NCBI GenBank assembly: GCA_050115495.1
Contig: JASFQK010000003.1
Span: 64,001 to 128,000, forward strand
Direction of reading: 5' to 3'
Origin: Phycisphaerae bacterium
Lineage (GTDB): Bacteria; Planctomycetota; Phycisphaerae; UBA1845; Fen-1342
Length of the DNA: 64,000 nucleotides
Position 1 is the stretch's first letter; each line of letters opens with the position of its first letter. The notes beneath the pieces are model-generated. The model saw nothing but the letters and a program-made list of their open reading frames with translations. It searched no databases and had not been told where the DNA came from. A program made the position numbers and the translations under genes. Positions 48,860 through 58,481 of the stretch are shown piece by piece.

Positions 48860-50098
48860 ATGAAGTCCAACCGGTCTCGCTGGATCTCGCGCATCCTGCG
48901 CCTCGCCCTGTGCGTCGGGGCCATCGGCTTTCTCGTCTACAGCGTGCCCTGGCACGACCGTGTTCATCTCAACGACAAGGACAAAACCGCCGTTCGCCTC
49001 ATCGAGCAGCGCGGCGACGAGTTCGTCGTCCTCCGCGACGGCGTCGAGGTGACCCTTCCCGCGAGTGAGATCCACTTCGCCGATCTCAATGGCGAGCGCG
49101 TCCCCGACATCGAGTACGGCATCCCTCGCGTCATCAACCAGACCAACCACGTCTGGGCCCTGTGGGCCGTGCTAATCTTCATCCCGGTCCCGCTTATGAG
49201 CGCTGTCCGGCTCGTGTGGATGCTGGCCATCCAGCAGGTGCGTCTGTCCTTCTGGGAGGCGACCAAGCTCACCTTCGCCGGCAACTTCTTCAATTTCGCT
49301 TTGCCCGGCACCACCGGCGGCGACGTTATCAAAGCCTACTACATCACCCGGTTCACGCACCGCAAGACCGAGGCGGTGACCACCGTCTTCCTCGACCGCG
49401 CCGTCGGCCTGCTGAGCTTGGTGATCATGGCCGGTGTGGCCATCATCCTTACGCGCGACCCGTCGCAGTTTTCGCAGTTCGGTCTGCCGCTCACGCTGTC
49501 GGTGATCTGCGGCGTCCTGGCCGTTGGCGGCATCATCGTCTTCAGCCGCCGCGTGCGCCGCTTCCTGCACCTGCGTTACCTCGTTTCGCTGCTGCCGATG
49601 AGTGACCAGTTGCAGCGCATCGGCCATGCCACGCTCGCCATGCGCCAGCACAAAGGGCTCATGACGATCTCGCTCCTGATCACCTTCGCGCTCCAGTCCA
49701 TCACGATGACCGGCGGCGCGATCATGGCCTGGGCCCTGGGCATGCAGGGCACCTTCGACTATTTCTTCATCTACATTGCCATCGGTTTCCTTATCGCCGC
49801 CGTTCCCACCACACCCCAGGGACTCGGCGTCGTCGAGGCGGCCTACGTGCTCTTCTTCACACACAACGGCCAGAACGCCGCCTCCCAGGCCCTCGCTCTC
49901 GCCCTCGCCATCCGCCTCATCCAGCTCATCTGGTCCTTGCCAGGCGTGCTCGTGCCGCTGCTCGGCGCGCACATGCCCAGCCGCGACGAACTCCGCGCCA
50001 TCGAGACCGCCGGCGAGTCGAACGCTGACGCCGCCGTCGGTGGCGCCACAGACCGTGACGAGGCGAGCGGCTACGAGTCGGCGACGCCCAGCTCATGA
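48860..50098 (+). CDS. Lysylphosphatidylglycerol-synthase-TM/UPF0104 flippase-like protein
   Basis: GNFFN..LPGTTGGDVIK, DRAVGL, P.TPQGLGVVE. Confidence 0.88.
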   Translation: MKSNRSRWISRILRLALCVGAIGFLVYSVPWHDRVHLNDKDKTAVRLIEQRGDEFVVLRDGVEVTLPASEIHFADLNGERVPDIEYGIPRVINQTNHVWALWAVLIFIPVPLMSAVRLVWMLAIQQVRLSFWEATKLTFAGNFFNFALPGTTGGDVIKAYYITRFTHRKTEAVTTVFLDRAVGLLSLVIMAGVAIILTRDPSQFSQFGLPLTLSVICGVLAVGGIIVFSRRVRRFLHLRYLVSLLPMSDQLQRIGHATLAMRQHKGLMTISLLITFALQSITMTGGAIMAWALGMQGTFDYFFIYIAIGFLIAAVPTTPQGLGVVEAAYVLFFTHNGQNAASQALALALAIRLIQLIWSLPGVLVPLLGAHMPSRDELRAIETAGESNADAAVGGATDRDEASGYESATPSS

Positions 50099-51870
50099 AC
50101 GCCGGCTCGCCACAGCAGCCGCGCCAGCTCCATCCTGCCCTCCGCGGCGCGGCGGCCCTGATCGGTCTCATTGCCCTCATCTACCTCTGTCACGCCGGCT
50201 CGCTGCACTACGGCCTCTTCATGGACGACCACGTCCATTTCCAGCAATTGCGCGAATGCGATTGGTCGCCCGCTGGCCTGACCGGCGCCTGTCGCCTCGA
50301 GCTCGTCGGCGGCATCGTTGACGTCTGGTTCCTCCCCGACTGCACGCTCCGTTTCTTCCGCCCGCTGGCTTTCGGCCTGATGAAGCTGACCTACACGCTC
50401 ACCGGCTGGGACCCGGTCGGCATGCACGCGGCGTCACTGGCGTGGCACACGCTCGTCTGCATCCTGCTGATGTTGCTTCTGCGGCAGCTCGGCGCCGGAG
50501 CGCTTCTCGCCTGGGGCGTCGCCGCCTTGTTCGCCGTCCATCCCGGCCACGTCGCTACCGTGCAATGGATCGCCTGCCAGACTGAGTTGATGGGAACGGC
50601 GTTCATCCTTGCCGCTGCGCTCTGCTACCTGCGTTTTCGCGGATGGTCCACTGAGGGTGACGACAATCGCTCGCTCCGGCAGCGACTGCCGTGGGCGATC
50701 GCCTGTCTGTTGTTTTTCGTCGCCGCCCTCGGCTGCCGCGAGAACACCCTCTTGCTCCCCGTGGTGCTCGTCAGCGTCGAGCTCCTCCTCTGGCGCCGGC
50801 GACGGCGTGAGATCGGCGGCGTCTACGCGGCGTTCGCGCTCGTCGCCGTAGCGTATCTCGTACTTCGCTGGCAGATGCTCGGCCCGGGAGCGGTTCCGCC
50901 CAAGCCCTACGTCTTCGGCCCCACCGACGCCGGCTTCATCCGCCACGTCGTCGACAAGGCCTGCTACTACCTGCTCGGCGAGTTCCTGCTCGTCCCATGT
51001 GTGCCCTTCGCCGGCCTCGCGTACCTGCGTGAACGTCCGCTCGTTCTCTACGGCCTCACGCTCGTCGTCCTTGCCGCCCTCGTCCTGATCTACTGGGGTT
51101 GCTGGCGGAAACGACCCGGCCTGCTCGGACCGGCGTGGCTCTTCGGCTTCATGCTGCCCGTCCTGCCCGTCTTCGCCGCCCCGCATCACCTCTACATGCC
51201 CGGCATCGGCTGGGCGATCACGGTGATGCTCATCCTGAAGCTCATCGGCGGAGCGGTCACCCGCGTCAACTGGCGTCGCCAGGCCGCGATGTGGACCAGC
51301 CTGATCCTGCTCGGTGCCGCCCTGGGAGCGGTTACGCTCTCCTTCGGCCAAGCCCTCGACGCCGCCCAGCGCGTCGAAGACCTCGTCGTCGATGAGGTCG
51401 TCGCCAACGCGCCCCGCCTCCACGACGGCGACACGCTCTACTTCGTCAACCTCCCCATCATCGCCTACTGCGTCGGCCCCGCGGTCGAACGCGTCACCGG
51501 CCACCACGACCTCGAGATCCGCCCGCTCACGTGGGCGCCGCGCGTTCTCGGCTTCGTCGGCAGCGACGTCGACTGCGAGATCACCTGGCACGACCCACGG
51601 ACGTTCGACGTACGTCTCGCGGGTGATCGCTACTTCGCCGGCCCGCTCGGCGCCATCGTTCGCGCAGCCGGCGTGCGCGATGCCGTCCCCCAGACGCCCG
51701 CTTCACGCGACCAGCACGGCTTCAGCGTGGCTGTAGTCGCGCACGAAGGCATGGAAGTCACAGATTTTCGCTTCACGTTTGAGCGTCCGCTGACCGACAC
51801 GGACGTACACTTGTACTGGGGCTCGCGGGTGCTGTGGGCCTTCGAGCTTGAACCGGAAGCCACACCATGA
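50095..51870 (+). CDS. GT-C (TMTC/PMT-like) membrane protein
   Basis: GLFMDD, FFRPL, LFAVHP...WIA, RE motifs; ATGA coupling. Confidence 0.7.
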   Translation: MNAGSPQQPRQLHPALRGAAALIGLIALIYLCHAGSLHYGLFMDDHVHFQQLRECDWSPAGLTGACRLELVGGIVDVWFLPDCTLRFFRPLAFGLMKLTYTLTGWDPVGMHAASLAWHTLVCILLMLLLRQLGAGALLAWGVAALFAVHPGHVATVQWIACQTELMGTAFILAAALCYLRFRGWSTEGDDNRSLRQRLPWAIACLLFFVAALGCRENTLLLPVVLVSVELLLWRRRRREIGGVYAAFALVAVAYLVLRWQMLGPGAVPPKPYVFGPTDAGFIRHVVDKACYYLLGEFLLVPCVPFAGLAYLRERPLVLYGLTLVVLAALVLIYWGCWRKRPGLLGPAWLFGFMLPVLPVFAAPHHLYMPGIGWAITVMLILKLIGGAVTRVNWRRQAAMWTSLILLGAALGAVTLSFGQALDAAQRVEDLVVDEVVANAPRLHDGDTLYFVNLPIIAYCVGPAVERVTGHHDLEIRPLTWAPRVLGFVGSDVDCEITWHDPRTFDVRLAGDRYFAGPLGAIVRAAGVRDAVPQTPASRDQHGFSVAVVAHEGMEVTDFRFTFERPLTDTDVHLYWGSRVLWAFELEPEATP

Positions 51871-53069
51871 ACGACGACGCCACTCTCCCGGCGCTCCGCC
51901 CCCTGGACATCGTTCCGTTTCGCGACGAGCGCGGCGAGCTCTTCTTCCAGCTTCAGGATTCCCTGCGCATCTCGCCCCGCCCGCTGGTGCTTTCCGGCGC
52001 CGGCTACTACATCCTGACGCACCTCGACGGCGCCCACACCCTCACCGACGTCCTGGACACCTACCGCCGCGAGCTGCAGCAGGACGTCCCCGCCGGCGAG
52101 GTGGAGCGCGTCATCGAGGTCCTCGAGCACTACGTCATGCTCGACACGCCACGCTTCACCGCCGCCTACCAGACGCACCGCCAGGAGTACCGCGACGCAC
52201 CGTTCCGGGACAGCCGCGAGCGCTGGCCCGCCGCCGACGCTCTTCGCCAGGAGCTCGACGAACTGCTCAGCAACGAGCGCAAGACGCGTAAGCCCATGCC
52301 CGGGGTCCGCGGCCTCGTCAGCCCCCACCTCGACTACACCCGCGGCGCACCGTGCTACGCGGCGGCGTACAGCGCCCTCGGCGATGGCGCCGGGACGACC
52401 CGTTTCGTCATTCTCGGCACGAACCACTACGGCCGCTGCCCGGCCCCCGTGGCGACCACGAAGGACTTCCAGACGCCGCTCGGCCTCGTCCGGACCGACC
52501 GCGAGTTTATCGGACGGCTGGAGCACCGCCTCGGCTCGCCGATCTGCGACGACGAGTTCGACCACCGCGCCGAGCACTCAATCGATCTCCAGGTCCACGT
52601 GCTGCAAGTGACGCACGCCGATGAGCCGTTCGAGATCGTGCCGATCCTGTGTCCAGACGTCTGTACGCCCGGATCCGAGGCCGACCCGATCGCCGCCCTC
52701 GACGCCCTCGCCGCCGCCCTGGCTCGCGAGTTGGCGGACGACAACGGCCAGACTGTCCTCATCGCCGGCGCCGACCTCAGCCACGTCGGCCAGCGTTTCG
52801 GCGACGAGAGTCCGGCGACGCCCGACGTCCTGGAGAAGGTGCGGGACCTGGACCGCCACGTCCTGGAGCTGCTCCAGCAGAATCGCCCGCAGGAGCTGCT
52901 GGCGGAAATGCGCACAATCCAAAACCCGACAAGCATTTGCAGCCTGGGTTGCCTCTACCTCCTCCGCCGGGCCCTCCCCGGTCGCCCCTGGCGCACCCTC
53001 CGCTACCACCAGGCGGTCGACCAGGAGACCGACACCAACGTCACCTGCGCCGCGGCCGTCATCGCGTAG
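51867..53069 (+). CDS. AmmeMemoRadiSam system protein B (MEMO1 family) with N-terminal extension
   Basis: SPHLDY, LGTNH, TPLG, EHSIDLQ, ADLSHVG. Confidence 0.88.
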   Translation: MNDDATLPALRPLDIVPFRDERGELFFQLQDSLRISPRPLVLSGAGYYILTHLDGAHTLTDVLDTYRRELQQDVPAGEVERVIEVLEHYVMLDTPRFTAAYQTHRQEYRDAPFRDSRERWPAADALRQELDELLSNERKTRKPMPGVRGLVSPHLDYTRGAPCYAAAYSALGDGAGTTRFVILGTNHYGRCPAPVATTKDFQTPLGLVRTDREFIGRLEHRLGSPICDDEFDHRAEHSIDLQVHVLQVTHADEPFEIVPILCPDVCTPGSEADPIAALDALAAALARELADDNGQTVLIAGADLSHVGQRFGDESPATPDVLEKVRDLDRHVLELLQQNRPQELLAEMRTIQNPTSICSLGCLYLLRRALPGRPWRTLRYHQAVDQETDTNVTCAAAVIA

Positions 53070-53151
53070 CGCGGCCCCCGCCCGCCGTCCTCCCGTTGCG
53101 GTCAAGACACTGATCCCCCCGCGCAAACGTCGATCCCGGCAAAACGCGCGC

Positions 53152-53199
53152 AAAAAAAAGGGCCACCGCTGTGTCCGGGAGGACGACATTCGGTGGCCC
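53152..53199 (-). terminator. Second minus-strand terminator
   Basis: GGGCCACCG...CGGTGGCCC stem with 8 T on the minus strand. Confidence 0.65.
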
Positions 53200-53284
53200 A
53201 TGCGCTGGGATGGGCTTTTGAAGCGTTCCACTATGTTGAACCGGCCACCCGCCGAAAGGTGTCACCAAAAAAAGAAACGCTCGC

Positions 53285-53319
53285 AAAAAAAGAGCGCCCG
53301 GCATCCTCGCCGGACGCTC
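53285..53319 (-). terminator. Terminator of the PilZ operon
   Basis: GAGCGTCCGGC-GAGGAT-GCCGGGCGCTC followed by 7 T on the minus strand. Confidence 0.8.
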
Positions 53320-53383
53320 CCCCTCTGCTGTCGGGTCCCTCAGAAGTGCTGTGCTGTTGCGCTCCGCGCTGCTCTCTCGCCTG

Positions 53384-54184
53384 CTACGGCAGTCCCCGCG
53401 GCGGGTCCGACTGCCGGTGCCGTGAGTTAAACCCGTGTCGATGCAGGTGTTGCACGCAGGACGCCAGACGCTGCAGCACCAGCCGCCCGTCCACGGAGAG
53501 TTCGAGTCCGATAAACTGGAACGCCACCCCCATCTGCCCCACTTCGTCGTGACGCACGCCGCGGAAGCAGGCACTGGCCACGAGCGGCGCCTGGCCGTCC
53601 GGCAGTTGCAGCTCCACGCCGAGCGTCGTTTCCTCGGTCCACGTCGGTGGCGAGACCTGGTTCAGCCGGACGAGGGCGCCGCCGCAGGAGATGTCCGCCA
53701 GCGCGCCTGTGATGGTTTGGAGCGAGCGGCCCTGGGCGCTGGTCCGGGCCGCCGGGCCGCCGGGCCACAGCGTCGCCAGGATGGTCATCCCGTCGGGGAT
53801 GGGGGTTCGGTAGTACGACCGGCGTTGCAGCTCGGTGATGCTGTCCGGCCAACGGAAGCGCAGGGCCGGGATGCTCGTGCGGTCGTCGAAGAGGAAGTGT
53901 CCGCGAGCCTCGACGACGGTCGCGAACAGGATCTTGCGGCTACGGTTGCGGAAGCTGACGCCGACGCATTGTCCCGGCAGCAGGTTCGGCATCGTATCCG
54001 TCTTGAACGGCTGATGATCGAGCACAAAGAAACGCTGCGCGGGGTCGCGCTCGAGGAAGCGTGACTTGAAGCTGCGCCAGTCGTCGCCCTGTTGGTACGT
54101 GAGGACGGCCAGGGCGCGTTCGTGCACGGCCTCGTCGAAGAGGCTGGCCGCGTCGTTGCGGGTGAGCGAGCGTCGCGGATTCAT
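53384..54184 (-). CDS. PilZ-domain (YcgR-like) c-di-GMP-binding protein
   Basis: QRRSYYR (RxxxR) and DISCGG (DxSxxG) motifs. Confidence 0.9.
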   Translation of the reverse strand: MNPRRSLTRNDAASLFDEAVHERALAVLTYQQGDDWRSFKSRFLERDPAQRFFVLDHQPFKTDTMPNLLPGQCVGVSFRNRSRKILFATVVEARGHFLFDDRTSIPALRFRWPDSITELQRRSYYRTPIPDGMTILATLWPGGPAARTSAQGRSLQTITGALADISCGGALVRLNQVSPPTWTEETTLGVELQLPDGQAPLVASACFRGVRHDEVGQMGVAFQFIGLELSVDGRLVLQRLASCVQHLHRHGFNSRHRQSDPPRGLP

Positions 54185-54906
54185 GCTTCACCTCCGGTCT
54201 GGGCCTGGTCCAGGTAGCTGCGCGAGAGAGCGGCGCGGAGTCTCTCGACGGCCTGGGTGCCGCTGTTGTCGTGCTGGGGCTCGAGGAACTCGAAGCCGAC
54301 CTCGAGCTGCTCGCCCTGGGGAGCGCGGGTCTTGGTGCACACGACGCAGGTTACCTCGTAGGCTCCTCCGAGCTGCGGGAGCTGGAAGCACACCCGTACC
54401 TCGTCGTCGATCAGCACGTGGGGTTCGAGGTCCGCCCGCGGTGCGCGGCAGCCGAGGCCGGACGAGCTGATCGTCGTCATCGTGGCCAGGACCGGCTGGA
54501 CCGCAGCCGACAGCCAGAGCTGTATGATCGCCGGCGGCTCGGGTGCGAACCGGTCGAACTTCCGCCGATTCGCCACGCGGACCACGTCCGGCGCAGCCAG
54601 CGAAAGCTGCGGCGGCGTCTGGTCGTCGCGGGCGTCCATGATGCAGGTGGAGAAGGTGTACAGGTTGCCGGAGAGGACGGTGCGGATGTCGCAGAACGCC
54701 CCGACCAGGGCGGGCAGCGGGCAATCCTCACCGATCTCTTCGAGCCGGACCGTGAGAGCCTCGCCCTCGCGGCTGATGAGCGTGCCGCTGAGCAACTGCT
54801 CGCGGCAGCGCGTTTCGATGTCCAGGTGTGCCCGGTTGCGCAAGGCTTGTTCGAGCACGCGTTTCGTCTGACGGGGATTGAGGTCAATCGTGGCCAGCAT
54901 GTTCAA
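54181..54906 (-). CDS. PilZ-domain protein
   Basis: NRRKFDR and TISSSG motifs, VGFEF; GAGGAG RBS. Confidence 0.8.
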   Translation of the reverse strand: MNMLATIDLNPRQTKRVLEQALRNRAHLDIETRCREQLLSGTLISREGEALTVRLEEIGEDCPLPALVGAFCDIRTVLSGNLYTFSTCIMDARDDQTPPQLSLAAPDVVRVANRRKFDRFAPEPPAIIQLWLSAAVQPVLATMTTISSSGLGCRAPRADLEPHVLIDDEVRVCFQLPQLGGAYEVTCVVCTKTRAPQGEQLEVGFEFLEPQHDNSGTQAVERLRAALSRSYLDQAQTGGEA

Positions 54907-55465
54907 CTCCTCGTGGCGGGCACGGCTACCCGATGCGCCTGTCGGCGCTCGGTCCTCGCCACGCTAGCCGGTTGTTCTCCGGATCGTTGCTGCCCGTGGC
55001 CAGGAGCGAACGCTGCGTTTCGCGACCCACGAGCGGCGACGCCGGCATGCGGTCTCCTTAGGACAGGCCATCCGCGTAGGAGCGATTCGTCATACCGGGG
55101 CCGGCACTTGATCCACTCATCCGCCCATGAAAAGGGGACGTGGCCCGGACCGCCGCCCATCGCCCGCGGACACCAGCCACGCACCGCCCGCATATGCACG
55201 CCACCCCCGGCGCAGCTACGCGCGACGGACTCAGTCCGGAAACAGATGCGTTGCCCCCGGTCGGCGGCGGCGCTGGTCGAACGGACCACGCGCGCACCTC
55301 ACGTTATCTGCAACGCACGTCGCCGCCGCGTACGATCGCCCCCGGCATGGATAATCGAAACCCCCCGCGCCGCACCTCCCGCGCGGCACTCATAATCGCT
55401 GCACGGGGGCCGATAGCGGGTACTCCCCGCGCTGCACATTCTCTTCGTTTTTCAGTGGATTAACG

Positions 55466-56437
55466 TTACGACAGGGCGGCAGCCGCGGTGAGCGGCAGCT
55501 CGACGGACACCTGCGCCTGGCGGGTGATGTCGCCCGCTCCCCAACGCCGAATCGCTTCTTCCGTGCCGGGGAAATCAACGCACGCCGCACCGCGGGCCGC
55601 GCCGCGAACGGCGACGCTGCGTAGCAGACTGGCAGCGACCGGCGTGTGCGGCTCCGTGCCGAACCACGCCAGCACGTGCACCTGTTCCGCGTGCGTGCAC
55701 CAGACCACGCCGGCCTGTGGACGATCCGTATCATCTGTCCACCCGGCGAACTGAAGCTGGGCGGCGATCGTCCCATGCAGCGCCAGCGACGCCGCAATCG
55801 GGCCAACCGCCGACTCCTGCACACTTCGTCGCGTCGCGGCGTCGAAGGGCACGTGCACAATTTGCGCGTCGTGGTCTTCTTTAGGGCGAACGGTCGCCAA
55901 TAGGGCCGCGATTGGCAGCCGCAGCCACGTCGGCGACGCGGGCTCTACACCCGGCCCCAGCGGCTGCCAGGCCCGCACGAACAGCCCCTCACATCGCCGA
56001 AGTTCGCCCAGCGACAGCGCCCGGCTGTGCAGCAGCCACCGACACGCGACATCATCCGCGAGCGGCCCCGCAACGGGCGTCCCCGGCAGGCTCACCAGCC
56101 GCCGACGTTCCTCGTTGCTGACCGTCTCAAACAGCGGCATCGCCCCAGCCACCTCGTCCCCCAGCATCGCCGCCAGATACAGCGGATGCCCGAAGCCGGC
56201 GACGCTGAGCACGCCCTGCCACGCCAGGCTGTGGTAGAACGTGCTGGCCGGGTGTTCGTTGATGAAGTCGTCGTACGACGGACATTCCGGCTCATCGAGC
56301 AGCCAGACGGTAGGGGGGAGGTCGCGGAAATCCGACCCGTCAGGGGGCAGCGGTTGAAAGTTGGAGGGTGAGAATCCGGACGCACTTTCGTCCACAGGAG
56401 CGTCGATTGTGCGCGTTGTTTGCTCGCCAGGGCTCAT
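55466..56437 (-). CDS. FemAB/GNAT-like protein (degenerate C-terminus)
   Basis: HPASTFYHSLAW...GAMPLF...LVSLP N-terminal pattern. Confidence 0.6.
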   Translation of the reverse strand: MSPGEQTTRTIDAPVDESASGFSPSNFQPLPPDGSDFRDLPPTVWLLDEPECPSYDDFINEHPASTFYHSLAWQGVLSVAGFGHPLYLAAMLGDEVAGAMPLFETVSNEERRRLVSLPGTPVAGPLADDVACRWLLHSRALSLGELRRCEGLFVRAWQPLGPGVEPASPTWLRLPIAALLATVRPKEDHDAQIVHVPFDAATRRSVQESAVGPIAASLALHGTIAAQLQFAGWTDDTDRPQAGVVWCTHAEQVHVLAWFGTEPHTPVAASLLRSVAVRGAARGAACVDFPGTEEAIRRWGAGDITRQAQVSVELPLTAAAALS

Positions 56438-56501
56438 CTTACGCTCACCCGCGGTCGGGGGATGGCCATCTGTGAGCGGTTACTGATGGCAGGCCGCTGT
56501 A

Positions 56502-56530
56502 ATGACTATCGGACGGCGGCGGTTTATAAT
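56502..56530 (+). promoter_or_regulatory. Putative sigma70 promoter ATGACT-N17-TATAAT
   Basis: TATAAT at 56525-56530 with correct spacing, upstream of the phosphoesterase gene. Confidence 0.55.
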
Positions 56531-56574
56531 TCACCGCCAATGCCGGCGGGCGCGGTGCCGGCGAGGTATGCCCT

Positions 56575-57054
56575 ATGCTGATCGGCCTGATGTCGGATAC
56601 GCACGACCGCATGCCGGCAATCCGGGCAGCGCTTGACCTCTTTCACAAGCGCAACGTGGACATGGTCATCCACGCCGGCGACGTCGTCGCCCCCTTCGCC
56701 GCCCGGCTGCTGGCCGACTATCCCGGCCAAGTGCACGTGCTGTACGGCAACAACGACGGCGAACGCCGCGGCCTCAAGCAGGTTCTGCCGCAGATCCAGG
56801 ACGGGCCCCTGTGGCTCGACCTGGCAGGGCATCGCGTCCTGGTGCACCACTACCTTCAGTGGTGCAGCGCGGCGGATCTGGCCCGGGCCGACGTCGTCAT
56901 CAGCGGCCACACGCACGAATGCGTCGTGGAAGAGCGCGACGGCCGGCTGCTGGTCAACCCGGGCGAGTGCTGCGGTTGGATCACCGGGCATTGCCGCGTC
57001 GCCTTGCTGGAACTGGAGACGCACGAGGTCGAGTCGATCGAGGTCCTGCCATGA
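56575..57054 (+). CDS. YfcE/MJ0936-family metallophosphoesterase
   Basis: SDTHD, HAGD, GNND, SGHTH, NPGE. Confidence 0.93.
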   Translation: MLIGLMSDTHDRMPAIRAALDLFHKRNVDMVIHAGDVVAPFAARLLADYPGQVHVLYGNNDGERRGLKQVLPQIQDGPLWLDLAGHRVLVHHYLQWCSAADLARADVVISGHTHECVVEERDGRLLVNPGECCGWITGHCRVALLELETHEVESIEVLP

Positions 57055-57467
57055 AACGACGAAGCGGCGGAAGATGGTGGTGGATGCTCAGCCTGGTGCT
57101 GGCCGTGCCGCTGTGCGGATGCGTCGAGCGGACGATGAAGATCCAGACCGATCCGCCCGGGGCGCTGGTTCTCGTCAACGACGAGGAGGTCGGCGTCTCG
57201 CCGGTGACCTGCTCGTTCCTCTGGTACGGCGACTACGACATCATCCTGCGGAAACCCGGATACCAGACGTTGAAGACCCACTACCGCGTCCCGGCACCGT
57301 GGTATCAGTGGCCGCCGTTCGACCTCGTCGCCGAGACGATGGTTCCGGCGCAGATCCACGACGAGCACGTGCTGCCCACGTTCGTGCTCGAGCCTGCCGA
57401 AGACCCGGCGGTCAGCGACGTCGTCGAGCGGGCCGTCGAGCTTCGCGGCCGCACACTACGCGATTAG
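57051..57467 (+). CDS. PEGA-domain lipoprotein
   Basis: LCGC lipobox; TDPPGALVLVNDEEVGVSP; YG.YDI.LRKPGY. Confidence 0.85.
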   Translation: MKRRSGGRWWWMLSLVLAVPLCGCVERTMKIQTDPPGALVLVNDEEVGVSPVTCSFLWYGDYDIILRKPGYQTLKTHYRVPAPWYQWPPFDLVAETMVPAQIHDEHVLPTFVLEPAEDPAVSDVVERAVELRGRTLRD

Positions 57468-57533
57468 CGATCGCTAAAGGGGGCCCGCCGGCGACGAGCC
57501 GGCAGGCCGAGGCCCCCCCGTGACAGTGGTAGA

Positions 57534-58202
57534 TCAAGGATCGACGATGCGCTCGCGAATCGCGTAGCGGGCCAGGTCCACGCGATCACGCAGACCCAGC
57601 TTCCGCAACAGACTCGTGCGGTACGAATCCGCCGTCTTGTAGCTCACAGCCATGCGCTGCGCCGCCTCGCGCAGCGTCATCCCGCGAGCCAGCAGCGGCA
57701 GCAGCTCTGACTCCCGTCGCGACAGCACCAGTCGCCCGTTGGACGTGGCGCTGGCCGGACGACGCACCGCATTGCGCACCCCCTCGCTGAAATACTGGCG
57801 ATTGTCGGCCACGGCCCGCAATGCCTGCCGCAATTCCTCGAGGCCGCCATCCTTGACCACGTACCCGTGGATCGTGCAGCGGCTCCACGCCTGGATGTGC
57901 GCCGGATCAACCGCTGCCCCGACGACCAGCACACGCGTGCCCGGCCGCAGACGCGTGATCATCTGCACGGCATCGAGCGCCGCCGGTGTGGCTTGGTCCG
58001 CGTCGACGATCGCCACCGCGGGCTGCTCGCGCATGGCCGACCAGACGGACGTCGGCGCGAAGTCCGCCTCGGCGACGATCTCGACGTCGAGCTCTTGTCG
58101 CAGCAACAGCCGATAGGCCGCGCGGTCCAGGACCGACGCCCCCAATAGGCAGAACGTCGGCGGTGATGGTGGTGCCCCGTTGGTAGCAGGTTCGACCGAC
58201 AT
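57534..58202 (-). CDS. NarL/LuxR-family response regulator
   Basis: GYVVK; LSRRE.ELL.LLARG...SYKTADSYRTSLLRKLG HTH. Confidence 0.9.
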   Translation of the reverse strand: MSVEPATNGAPPSPPTFCLLGASVLDRAAYRLLLRQELDVEIVAEADFAPTSVWSAMREQPAVAIVDADQATPAALDAVQMITRLRPGTRVLVVGAAVDPAHIQAWSRCTIHGYVVKDGGLEELRQALRAVADNRQYFSEGVRNAVRRPASATSNGRLVLSRRESELLPLLARGMTLREAAQRMAVSYKTADSYRTSLLRKLGLRDRVDLARYAIRERIVDP

Positions 58203-58481
58203 GCTCCGCCCCGCTAAGCTCCTTTGCCTCGTTCGGCCACGGGCCGCACCGCGCGGCGGCCCGGACGTCGTGCGCACCTCAACGGCGTCCCCAAAATGCC
58301 CGCCTGTTGAACGCGACGCCCCTCTGCTCGTCGCGGCGCCCGTGTGTGCTGAGAATTTGGACGTTCACTGTACGTTGACTCCAGTGGTGGGAGTAAAGCG
58401 TTCTTACGGGGGTTTGCCCATTAGGCATTCACCTGAACTTTGCAGATCGCGCGAAATAGTGTCGGCGGAGATCATGTCGGC

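Noticed and set aside
53100..55465. c-di-GMP riboswitch near the PilZ genes
   Set aside because: The GGCAAA...GAAA...GACGCAAA architecture was not found on either strand.
54907..55465. Gene in the ~560-bp gap upstream of the PilZ operon
   Set aside because: Only low-complexity ORFs without RBS or motifs; more likely a regulatory leader.
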